A stretch of DNA of 64,000 bases, taken from positions 3,413-67,412 of the forward strand of contig JAPOVY010000104.1 of NCBI GenBank assembly GCA_026707905.1. Direction: 5' to 3'. Origin of the DNA: Gammaproteobacteria bacterium (GTDB lineage: Bacteria; Pseudomonadota; Gammaproteobacteria; Pseudomonadales; Azotimanducaceae). This document shows, in pieces, positions 50,719-59,383 of this stretch (positions are counted from its first letter, which is position 1; each line of letters starts with the position of its first letter). Both the position numbers and the translations under genes were made by a program. The notes under the pieces were generated by a model. That model saw only the letters and a program-made list of their open reading frames with translations, did no database searches and was not told the origin of the DNA.

Positions 50719-51456
50719 ATGAGTCGTCCTGCTACCTTATTTATCGTCTTTTTGATTGTCGTAATCGTCGGAGTAGTCAGTTTTGTCACTTTTTACTTGG
50801 GGACGGGTTTCTCTAAGCTGACCTTCGATCCAGAACGTCGCAGACAGCCGCTTGTCCTCCTGTCCTTAGAGCGTTTTGGACCCGAGCATCAAAGCGAAAG
50901 GTATGAGCAGTTTCAAAGGAGTCGAACGACAGCCTTCCAAAGCTATGACTACGACGTCGTATTCGAAGGTAGCTCATGGCTTAGTAGTGAGGGAAACCGA
51001 CGAGAACAGTGGAACCGCGTTGCGATTGAGTCTTTTCCTTTTACCGCCAACTTTGTAAACGCTGCCACGGATCCAGCATATACGGCTATCGAAGATTGGT
51101 TCGATGAAGAGAACTTCGATGAGTTCGGTCAGTTCGTTGGGCACGTAAAGTTAACTCAGTCATTCAAGAAACCCGTCGTGTTACTCCTGTCTGACACGAC
51201 GGCTGACAGCCAACGTGCATTAATACAAGTCGTGAATGAAACACTCGCACCGTTTAGCGGTCATATCGCTTTCGCAACGCCCGTCGTGAAGATCGGTGGA
51301 AACACGGAACTGGCAATTAACTATTTCGCATTTATTGAATTCGACGATGCAGGTGAAATGATGAATTGGTTAGTTAATACAATCCGCAAGTCTCGGTTTG
51401 CGCAGTTGCGCAGACACATGGACAACCTTTCGCTTGTCGTCGCCACACCAAGCTGA
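50719..51456 (+). CDS. Membrane-anchored hypothetical protein (two DUF1330-like halves?)
   Basis: 245 aa with an N-terminal TM (LFIVFLIVVIVGVVSFVTFYL). Two segments (WNRVAIESFPF...DPAY and YFAFIEFDDAGEMMNW...) resemble the C-terminal half of DUF1330 alpha/beta-barrel proteins. Tentative. Confidence 0.45.
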   Translation: MSRPATLFIVFLIVVIVGVVSFVTFYLGTGFSKLTFDPERRRQPLVLLSLERFGPEHQSERYEQFQRSRTTAFQSYDYDVVFEGSSWLSSEGNRREQWNRVAIESFPFTANFVNAATDPAYTAIEDWFDEENFDEFGQFVGHVKLTQSFKKPVVLLLSDTTADSQRALIQVVNETLAPFSGHIAFATPVVKIGGNTELAINYFAFIEFDDAGEMMNWLVNTIRKSRFAQLRRHMDNLSLVVATPS

Positions 51457-51534
51457 GACTGACGAATACAAGGTGCATCGTTACTTATTCGTGCGCTTTA
51501 GACCCCAATTGAAGCACCCGCAAGGAATCAAACA

Positions 51535-52680
51535 ATGCCGATGATTCTCAATGAAGACCAGAACATCCTGAAGGACACTGCGAAGGAGTTCTGCACGGAT
51601 AACACGCCTATAGGCCAGTTGCGCAAACTCCGTGACGAAGAGAGTGAGGACGGTTTCGATCGAGACACTTGGCAGGCAATGAGTGAACTTGGCTGGGCGG
51701 GAATTCCGTTTCCAGAAGAGGTCGGTGGCTTAGGATTCGGTTACAAAGGGCTTGGTGTCGTTACAGAAGAACTCGGTCGCAATCTGGCGGCATCGCCACT
51801 ATTCGCGAGCGTTTGGGTCGGCGGGACGATCCTGAATCTTGGTGGAAGTGATTCCCAGAAGCGCGAACTGTTAACGAAAGTCGCAAGTGGGCAACTGCTG
51901 CTGGCGCTCGCGATCGAAGAGTCTCATCGTCACAACCCGTACGGAATCGCAACAACGGCAGAGTCTTCTGGTGAAGGGCTCGTCATAAACGGATCTAAAA
52001 CGTTCGTACTTGATGGTCATGTTGCGGACAAACTCATCGTGGTCGCACGTTCTACTGGATCTGCAGGCGACCGGGAAGGATTGACCCTGGCTCTGGTTGA
52101 TCGCTCGGCGGATGGTGTCAATGTAACGCGAACCAAGATGGTAGATAGTCGAAATGCTGCAAACATCGAGCTAGTCAACGTGAGCGTTAGTACGGACGCG
52201 TTGATTGGCGCAGCGGGCCAAGCTGCGGATGTACTAGATGCGGCATTAGACATTGCACGAATCGGTCTGTCAGCAGAGATGCTAGGAAGTGCACAAGAGT
52301 GTTTCGAACGCACGATCGCCTATTTAAAAGAACGCGAACAGTTCGGCGTCCCTATCGGTTCATTCCAGGCTCTCAAGCATCGGGCGGCCAATATGTTTTG
52401 CGAGGTCGAGCTTTCTAAATCAGTCGTTTTGGAAGCGTTGACCGCGCTAGATGAAGGTCGTTCACCTTCGGATATTGCAGTTCTCGCCAGCCTCGCCAAA
52501 TCGAAGGTCGGGGAGATGTTTCACACTGTTTCACGCGAAGGCATCCAAATGCACGGCGGTATCGGCATGACCGACGAGTTTGATATCGGGTTCTATTTAA
52601 AGCGTGCGGCGGTTGTGGAACAGACGTTCGGCGACATGTACTTTCATCGTAACCGATACGGCGAATTGCAGGGCTACTAG
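51535..52680 (+). CDS. Acyl-CoA dehydrogenase family protein
   Basis: 381 aa with ACAD N-, middle and C-terminal domain patterns (GWAGIPFPEEVGG, INGSKTFV, REQFGVPIGSFQALKH, IQMHGGIGMTDE). Confidence 0.9.
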   Translation: MPMILNEDQNILKDTAKEFCTDNTPIGQLRKLRDEESEDGFDRDTWQAMSELGWAGIPFPEEVGGLGFGYKGLGVVTEELGRNLAASPLFASVWVGGTILNLGGSDSQKRELLTKVASGQLLLALAIEESHRHNPYGIATTAESSGEGLVINGSKTFVLDGHVADKLIVVARSTGSAGDREGLTLALVDRSADGVNVTRTKMVDSRNAANIELVNVSVSTDALIGAAGQAADVLDAALDIARIGLSAEMLGSAQECFERTIAYLKEREQFGVPIGSFQALKHRAANMFCEVELSKSVVLEALTALDEGRSPSDIAVLASLAKSKVGEMFHTVSREGIQMHGGIGMTDEFDIGFYLKRAAVVEQTFGDMYFHRNRYGELQGY

Positions 52681-53131
52681 ATCGGTCTCAGAAGAGAGAC
52701 ATCTATAGCTAGTGCCTGTGATGGGTGCACCCTCGAGATGTCTCGGTTAACAGAGACCTCTCTAACAACGGAATTTGCGTAGATCCTTTCATTCTTTTGT
52801 ACTTCGGTTACGCAAAACTCGTTGAAGTTTCGGGGAGAGATCTACGGAACAATCCAGAAATAAAGATAACGATCATTAGCTAGTCCGCCTCTTTCAGACT
52901 TCGGTTGCTAATTAATCGAAAAACACCATCTCTTCTAAACCTAAGCTAAAAAGTAGCTTCGGCACTATGATTGTCGTATCGGTGCGGAATTACGTGCATG
53001 AAGCACGTTGGGCGAATCGCCTTATATCCCGTTCGCTCGTAAGAGGTGGATGCCATGGACGGCTTCCTTTTGACTCTCATCATCACCTGTCATAGTCGAT
53101 TTCGACCATTCAGGCGACTCTCGTAACGCTC

Positions 53132-54565
53132 ATGCGACGTACTAAGATCATCTGCACGGTAGGCCCAGCGTCCAATAGCTGGGAGACCATCAAAGGCATG
53201 TATGAAGCGGGTATGAACGTACTTCGAATCAACATGTCGCATTCTGACCATGATGATGCTGAGAAGGCGATTCGTTGGATTGGAACGCTTAACCGGAGTT
53301 CGCCATTTACAGTCCCCATTTTGCTCGATACATCGGGTCCCGAGATTCGGACGGGTCAGTTAGTGACGCCCATGAAACTGCGCCGGGGGGACGACGCTTG
53401 GATATCTTCATCGGTGAACGGTGCGGTGGAGGAAGGATCACCTTGTATCGAAGTCAACTATCCTGATTTCAACGACCATGTGATGGTCGGAGATACGATT
53501 CGGCTGGACAACGGTTTGATAAACCTGCGCGTGGTGTCTTGCGAGCGTGATGCCCTGTTATGCCGGGTCGTTGATGGGGGTACGCTCGAGAGTCATAAAC
53601 ACGTGAATCTCCCAGGCGTACACGTCAAATTACCCTCGATCACATCTAAAGACGTGGACGATATTCGATTTGGTCTCGAACACGCCATAAATTACGTTGC
53701 GCAGTCGTTCGTGAGGACCGCCGATGACATACGTGAAATGCGCGAAGTGATCGGCGAAAGGCATCAATGGGTGAAGATCATCGCGAAGATCGAAAATCAA
53801 GAAGGCGTCGACAACGTCGAGGCAATCGCGAACGAAGCTCACGGCGTGATGGTGGCTCGGGGCGATCTTGGAATCGAGACGGACATGGCAGAACTACCGT
53901 TTTTACAGAGGACCATCGTTGAAAAGACGATCCGCGCAGGTCGCCGATGCATCGTTGCCACCCACATGCTCGAGTCGATGGTTGAGCATCCCATCCCTAC
54001 ACGTGCGGAAGTTCACGACGTCGCTAATGCGGTCGAACAGGAAGTGGATGCCATTCTTCTGAGCGCAGAAACGAGCATCGGTGCCTATCCTGTACGTGCT
54101 GTCGAGTATGTACGTCGCGTCGCGGAAGCTCAGGAACAGCTACCTGGACTTCGATTTGCAGGTTCGCAACCGAGCGACACCCACCGGCAGCAGCTTGCGT
54201 GGTCCGCCGTTGAACTTGCCGAGCGAATTTCTGCTACAGGGATCATCGTTATCACGCGAAGTGGGTGGACCGCCGACATCCTCACGAATTGCGCGCCTCC
54301 GACAGTTCCGATCTTTGCGTTTAGTAACGAAAGTCATACACGTCGCCGCCTCGCTCTAAATCGAGGTGTATACGCCTATCGAATCGATTTCAGTAGCAAT
54401 CCTGAAAAGACAATCCAACGCTGTATTAAGGCATTACTGCGTCGTGAACAACTGCCTGAAGATTCCCCAATGGTGGTCGTAAGCGATGCGGTTGGACTCG
54501 GCGGCAAATTCTCAATCCAAATCAGACAGTTGCGGTTGCCGGTACCGTCTCAGAACGCACTGTAG
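53132..54565 (+). CDS. pyk: Pyruvate kinase
   Basis: Has MRRTKIICTVGPAS, MNVLRINMSH, IIAKIENQEG and MVARGDLGIE motifs. 477 aa. Confidence 0.93.
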   Translation: MRRTKIICTVGPASNSWETIKGMYEAGMNVLRINMSHSDHDDAEKAIRWIGTLNRSSPFTVPILLDTSGPEIRTGQLVTPMKLRRGDDAWISSSVNGAVEEGSPCIEVNYPDFNDHVMVGDTIRLDNGLINLRVVSCERDALLCRVVDGGTLESHKHVNLPGVHVKLPSITSKDVDDIRFGLEHAINYVAQSFVRTADDIREMREVIGERHQWVKIIAKIENQEGVDNVEAIANEAHGVMVARGDLGIETDMAELPFLQRTIVEKTIRAGRRCIVATHMLESMVEHPIPTRAEVHDVANAVEQEVDAILLSAETSIGAYPVRAVEYVRRVAEAQEQLPGLRFAGSQPSDTHRQQLAWSAVELAERISATGIIVITRSGWTADILTNCAPPTVPIFAFSNESHTRRRLALNRGVYAYRIDFSSNPEKTIQRCIKALLRREQLPEDSPMVVVSDAVGLGGKFSIQIRQLRLPVPSQNAL

Positions 54566-55365
54566 ATCATTCGCGCCGCGACAAAATACATCAAGATACC
54601 GAAAACGCGGCGAAGGTTATGTCCTTCTACACGGTGTGCAACGTGTACACCTAACGGCGCACAAATTGCACAAGCGATCGCTATCGGAACCAGTGCAGGC
54701 AGGTAGACGTAGCCAACCGCGCCTGGAATATCGACCGGTAGACCGTTTAGTATGTAACCAACCGTTCCCGCAACCGAGATTGCGATACCAAGTGTGCTTG
54801 CGGCTGCGGTTGCGGTAACGACCTTCGTATTGAAGAATAAAAGCGTAGGAACGACAACATTGCCGCCGCCGATGCCCGCGAGACCGCATATCACTCCCCC
54901 GATTGAAGCGAGCATGCCCGTTACGCCGCGTCCCGGCGGGCCATTCTTAACGCGGGGCGCCCAATTGGTGATCATCACGGTAGCAATAACCGTAATAAAC
55001 AAACCGATGAACAGTTTTGTGGCAGCAGCGGGGAGACGTGTCGCGATGACGGTTGCCAACAACACACCTAGAATCAGATAGACAACCCAGTTTTTTACGA
55101 TTTGCCAATTCACTGCATTGCGACGAAACTGTGCAATTGACGACGAGAGCGTTGTAAACACGATGGATGCCATTGATGTTCCAAGCGTGACTAACACGAC
55201 CGTGTTTGCCGGATATTCGGCCGCATCGAACGTTCCTACGGTGTCGAACAGCAGGATGAGTGCGGGTACGACGATCACCCCGCCGCCGAGACCTAATAAA
55301 CCGCCGAGGAATCCCGCAATCGAGCCAATGCAAAGGCAGATCAACACCAATAAGACGGGATCCAC
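54550..55365 (-). CDS. TauE/SafE-family (DUF81) anion exporter
   Basis: 271 aa with 7-8 TM segments and GFLGGLLGLGGGVIVVP and GLAGIGGGNVVVP repeats typical of TauE. GTG start at 55365. The 3' end overlaps the pyk 3' end by 16 nt. Confidence 0.85.
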   Translation of the reverse strand: MDPVLLVLICLCIGSIAGFLGGLLGLGGGVIVVPALILLFDTVGTFDAAEYPANTVVLVTLGTSMASIVFTTLSSSIAQFRRNAVNWQIVKNWVVYLILGVLLATVIATRLPAAATKLFIGLFITVIATVMITNWAPRVKNGPPGRGVTGMLASIGGVICGLAGIGGGNVVVPTLLFFNTKVVTATAAASTLGIAISVAGTVGYILNGLPVDIPGAVGYVYLPALVPIAIACAICAPLGVHVAHRVEGHNLRRVFGILMYFVAARMIYSAF

Positions 55366-55387
55366 TACGACTCGAAGGCAACGGGGA

Positions 55388-56254
55388 GTGCGAAGTGTAA
55401 GGAGTGGCGTTAAGTCGCTTCACCTACTATTGGTATTGACCGTCACTGCTGTGACATTCAACGTCAACGTAATCGGTCAGGACGTCAGTGTGGCGACCGA
55501 ACCAGCAGCGGATGTTTACGAAGGTCCACTGGTCAACGGCGTCCGCGAAGGTTTCGGCAAACTCACGTATGCTGATGGTTCAGTCTACGAAGGTGAATTC
55601 GCGAACAATCTACCTTCAGGAAACGACGAGACGTTGTTGTTTGCTGACGGGCGCCGTTACCAAGGAACGTTCATTGAAGGTCAGATGCAAGGATACGGAA
55701 CATTGGAATGGCCAAACGGAGATGTTTATGTTGGTACGTTCAATGCGAACGCCATTACTGGAACTGGGACATTCTTTTGGCAAAACGGCAACGTCACGTA
55801 TACAGGTACGATTCAAGACGGTAAACGACACGGCCTAGGTGTGATGCTGTGGCCGGACGGCAGGCGCTATGATGGTGCTTTCCGGCAGAATGAACGGCAT
55901 GGTTTCGGCATTTTCGAAAACGCTGACGGATCGAGTTATCGTGGTTTCTTTGAAGCCGGTCAGCGTCACGGAGACGGTGTGTTTGAAGATGCGGGAGGCG
56001 TCAAGGAATTCCAACAATGGAATGCGGGGGAGTTGGTCGTTCGGAAACCGCTTGCGGAAGTGCCGAGGTGTCGTTTAGAAATTGACGGCTACCGGTGGAT
56101 GTTTGAAAGCGACGAGTGCATCAATGGGGTCGCGCACGGTACGGGGACTGCCGTGAGGGTAGACGGTCTTGCGTATATCAACAATGGACGGTTTGTTGCA
56201 GGTTACATGGTTTCCGGAATCATCAGTTCTCTAGCCGGGGAGTCATCAGATTAG
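55388..56254 (+). CDS. Secreted MORN-repeat protein
   Basis: GTG 55388 gives a signal-like N-terminus (RSVRSGVKSLHLLLVLTVTAVTF), then at least 7 tandem Y.G.F..G...G.G repeats. The ORF-track start 55118 is rejected because it overlaps tauE. Confidence 0.72.
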   Translation: MRSVRSGVKSLHLLLVLTVTAVTFNVNVIGQDVSVATEPAADVYEGPLVNGVREGFGKLTYADGSVYEGEFANNLPSGNDETLLFADGRRYQGTFIEGQMQGYGTLEWPNGDVYVGTFNANAITGTGTFFWQNGNVTYTGTIQDGKRHGLGVMLWPDGRRYDGAFRQNERHGFGIFENADGSSYRGFFEAGQRHGDGVFEDAGGVKEFQQWNAGELVVRKPLAEVPRCRLEIDGYRWMFESDECINGVAHGTGTAVRVDGLAYINNGRFVAGYMVSGIISSLAGESSD

Positions 56255-58426
56255 ATGGAAATCCCAGGCTATCAACTAACTCAGCTCATCAAAACCGGTA
56301 CCGATCACGAACTGTATTTGGCGACACGTCAAGCACAACTGAATCATTTCGTCGTACGTATTCAATCGTTCAACAGGAATCACGAACGTCAACGTCTATA
56401 CGTAGAGACCCTTGAGTCTATACAGACGATCCGCCACCCGCAGCTATGCGAAATTGATGACGTGGGCGAACTCGACGATAGCGTATACGTTGTAACGCCT
56501 TATTACCCAGGTGGCAGTCTTAGTGACACGTTAGCGTCTGGCATGTCCCTCGCTAGGCTCATACGAATCGCTACGTCTCTATGCGATGCCTTGAACGCCC
56601 TCCACAGGCACAGTCAAGCGCACGGCGATATCAAACCTGCGAACGTCGTCTTCGACAACATGGGTTCGCCAGTGCTGATCGATGGTGCTTACTTTGAACC
56701 GCAATATTCAGAACGACGATTCACGCCGGGTTACAGCGCACCCGAGGTGGCTCGTGGTGGTGAGCTAACTGCTAAGTGTGACGTATTTAGTCTCGGAATG
56801 TTGCTTTACCGCGTTTTGAATGGCGATCTCCCATGGCGCACGGTGGAGACTGACGCGCCACGAACTCGTAGCCGAACGGATGCGCTTCCTCCTTTTGGAC
56901 CTCAGCACGCACCGTTTCAAGGTCTGATCGAAAGGATGTTGGCGTATGACCCTGAAGAGCGCATGTCAAGCATCGCGAATGTGAAACACGCACTTGAGAA
57001 CATCAATGCGGATGGCGATTTAAACACAGTTGCAGTGAAGTCAGACTTAATTTCGACCACGGAAATTTCGACGGTGTTGCCAGCACATCCGGAGAGCGCA
57101 GATTCCGCCGATGAGCGTTCACGTGCACGACGCAGGATCTCCGCCGTGCATTGGACCGTGGTGTATTCGGTGTGTCTCGTCGGAATCTGGAGTCTTGCCG
57201 TTGGACTCTACGAGATTCCGGAAACGAAGCGTCTACTAGCGGAGTATGGGATTTTGGAGAACGCAGCGCTTGTCGAAGCGCGCTTAAACGCAGAAGCGCT
57301 CGTCGCTGATCCAAATCAGAACTTACCTTCTATTGTCGCTGCGTATGAGTCAGTTTTGATTATCGAACCTGAAGATCTAGACGCTATCCAAGCCATCAAT
57401 GACGCACGGACACGTTGGGAGGACGACTTTTCGGCAAGCTTGGCTCAGAATGATCTAACGATCGCCCAGAATCGACTAGACGATCTCCTTGAGATTTTTC
57501 CGGACGATAGTCGTTTACAGGTAATGTTTGATGATCTTCAGACGCGTCGATACGCACTGCAGCTCCAGTCGGATACGCTCGCACTGTTACGAGTGACTGC
57601 CCAGGAACCGGATGCGTCGGCGGATATGGCATTGAATGCGTTTCGAGAGGTTGTGCGGCTATATCCAGCAAGTGTTGAGGCTCGAAGAGAGCTCGATGGC
57701 CTCGCAGCACACTTCTCGGCAGCAGCGACACGTGAGATCGAACTTGGTAACCTTCAAGCTGCGATGGATGCCTTGAGTAAAGCGGGTCTCGCTAATCCGA
57801 ACTATGCCGAATTGTCGACAGTTCGAGAGCGAATCCAGCGCGCTGCGACACTGCAGGAAGAGATCGAGACTCGCCTAGCTGACGCGCACGGTTTACGTCG
57901 TATTGGCCAATTGATCGACCCACCGAGCCGGAACGCAGCGACACTCTTCCATAGCGTATTGACCACGGATCCAGACAATGAAATCGCGCTACGTGGATTG
58001 AGCGATGTGAGTAACCTAGTTGTTGCGCAATTCAACGAACACCTACGGTCCCGTGAATTCGGCGCAATTCGCCACATCATTGAACGTGCGAAATCCGTTG
58101 GCCTCTACCCAGCTTCAATCATGCACATGGAATCGTCAATGGAACAAGAACTCAACAACATTTCTGAAGCGGCCGATTTCGTTGTATTAGCAGAGCAACT
58201 CATTGCGGAAGGGTATATCACAGAACCATCTGATAGTAACGCGGTAACTGCGCTGCGTGAAGCCCGACAGTTAGATTCGACGAATTCACGCATCGACGTG
58301 CTCCTTGCTGAATGTGCGACACGCTTGTCCGGTGTCGCATCTGATGCAAGAACATTTGGGCTCGAAGGAATTGCTACAACCTATTCAGCATTGGCGGCGC
58401 AGGTAGCTATGGACGTATCTCCCTAG
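56255..58426 (+). CDS. Membrane-spanning Ser/Thr-kinase-like protein with degenerate ATP-site motifs and a C-terminal helical-repeat domain
   Basis: Has the catalytic loop HGDIKPANVVF and GYSAPE, but the G-loop is IKTGTDHELY, the beta3 Lys is replaced (FVVRIQ) and DFG reads DGA. One TM (VHWTVVYSVCLVGIWSLAVGLY) is followed by about 400 aa of TPR/Sel1-like helices. Confidence 0.78.
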   Translation: MEIPGYQLTQLIKTGTDHELYLATRQAQLNHFVVRIQSFNRNHERQRLYVETLESIQTIRHPQLCEIDDVGELDDSVYVVTPYYPGGSLSDTLASGMSLARLIRIATSLCDALNALHRHSQAHGDIKPANVVFDNMGSPVLIDGAYFEPQYSERRFTPGYSAPEVARGGELTAKCDVFSLGMLLYRVLNGDLPWRTVETDAPRTRSRTDALPPFGPQHAPFQGLIERMLAYDPEERMSSIANVKHALENINADGDLNTVAVKSDLISTTEISTVLPAHPESADSADERSRARRRISAVHWTVVYSVCLVGIWSLAVGLYEIPETKRLLAEYGILENAALVEARLNAEALVADPNQNLPSIVAAYESVLIIEPEDLDAIQAINDARTRWEDDFSASLAQNDLTIAQNRLDDLLEIFPDDSRLQVMFDDLQTRRYALQLQSDTLALLRVTAQEPDASADMALNAFREVVRLYPASVEARRELDGLAAHFSAAATREIELGNLQAAMDALSKAGLANPNYAELSTVRERIQRAATLQEEIETRLADAHGLRRIGQLIDPPSRNAATLFHSVLTTDPDNEIALRGLSDVSNLVVAQFNEHLRSREFGAIRHIIERAKSVGLYPASIMHMESSMEQELNNISEAADFVVLAEQLIAEGYITEPSDSNAVTALREARQLDSTNSRIDVLLAECATRLSGVASDARTFGLEGIATTYSALAAQVAMDVSP

Positions 58427-58468
58427 ATTACGCCTAAAATCGCGAGTCGGCTCGATCCTCCGAAGTAC

Positions 58469-59374
58469 ATGGCAACGACTATCCCGTTCGTTAGGGACAT
58501 CGAATTTGAATACGGCAAGTGCGACCAACTGAGTCCGTTGATTCGACGTGTTGTCGCCAAAAACCCGAGTGCTTTTACCTACACGGGAACGGGTACCTAC
58601 ATCGTTGGACGCGACCGAGTTGCCGTAATCGATCCAGGACCACGCGACCAGGCACACGTCGACGCCATCCTCGCGGCGACTCAAGGCGAGCAGATTACGA
58701 CGATCTTGATTACGCACACACATAACGATCACTCCCCGGCGACGGAGTTGCTTCTTAAGCACTGCGATGCACGCACGTATGGATTCGGTCCCCATGGCGC
58801 AGGGAAAAACACCGAAGATGAAACGATCGTCGAGGAAGGTGGTGATATGACCTTCCAACCGGATGAGTATGTACGTCACGGTGATACCGTTAGCGATGGC
58901 GAGTGGGTCGTTGAATGCGTCTATACACCCGGACACACTTCGAACCATATTTGCTATCGTTTAGAAAGCGAGCGAGTGTTGTTCACTGGCGATCACGTAA
59001 TGGGTTGGTCGACTAGTGTGATATCGCCGCCCGACGGCGACATGGCTAGCTACATGCGAAGTTTGGAGCTGCTACTTGAGCACACCGACGCGACGTATTG
59101 GCCTACGCATGGTCCTGCGATAACTCAACCGCGGTCCCACGTGGAAGCATTTGTCGCGCATCGTCTTGAGCGCGAAGATCAGATCATCGAGCAACTCAAG
59201 CAAAGCCGGCATCACATTGCGGATATGGTGCCGATCATGTATCGGGATGTGGATCAACGCTTGCATCCAGCTGCTGCTCGGAGCGTCTATGCGGCGGTTC
59301 TCTACATGCTTAAAAAGGAACTCATACGCTGCGAAGGAGAACCTTCGCTCGACGCGCCGTTCTACTTGAACTGA
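58469..59374 (+). CDS. MBL-fold metallo-hydrolase
   Basis: 301 aa with the ILITHTHNDH (HxHxDH) motif and downstream TPGHT and GDHV metal ligands. Confidence 0.85.
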   Translation: MATTIPFVRDIEFEYGKCDQLSPLIRRVVAKNPSAFTYTGTGTYIVGRDRVAVIDPGPRDQAHVDAILAATQGEQITTILITHTHNDHSPATELLLKHCDARTYGFGPHGAGKNTEDETIVEEGGDMTFQPDEYVRHGDTVSDGEWVVECVYTPGHTSNHICYRLESERVLFTGDHVMGWSTSVISPPDGDMASYMRSLELLLEHTDATYWPTHGPAITQPRSHVEAFVAHRLEREDQIIEQLKQSRHHIADMVPIMYRDVDQRLHPAAARSVYAAVLYMLKKELIRCEGEPSLDAPFYLN

Positions 59375-59383
59375 GTGAAAATC

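Noticed and set aside
52967-53101. 44-codon ORF (MIVVSVRNYVHEARW...) in the long spacer upstream of pyk.
   Set aside because: It has no SD, an unremarkable composition and no motif. The spacer is better explained as regulatory or non-coding (see finding).
55118-55387. N-terminal 90 codons of the 378-aa ORF-track version of the MORN protein.
   Set aside because: This part overlaps the tauE coding region on the opposite strand and translates to low-complexity sequence. GTG 55388 gives a proper signal peptide, so the extension is treated as artefactual.
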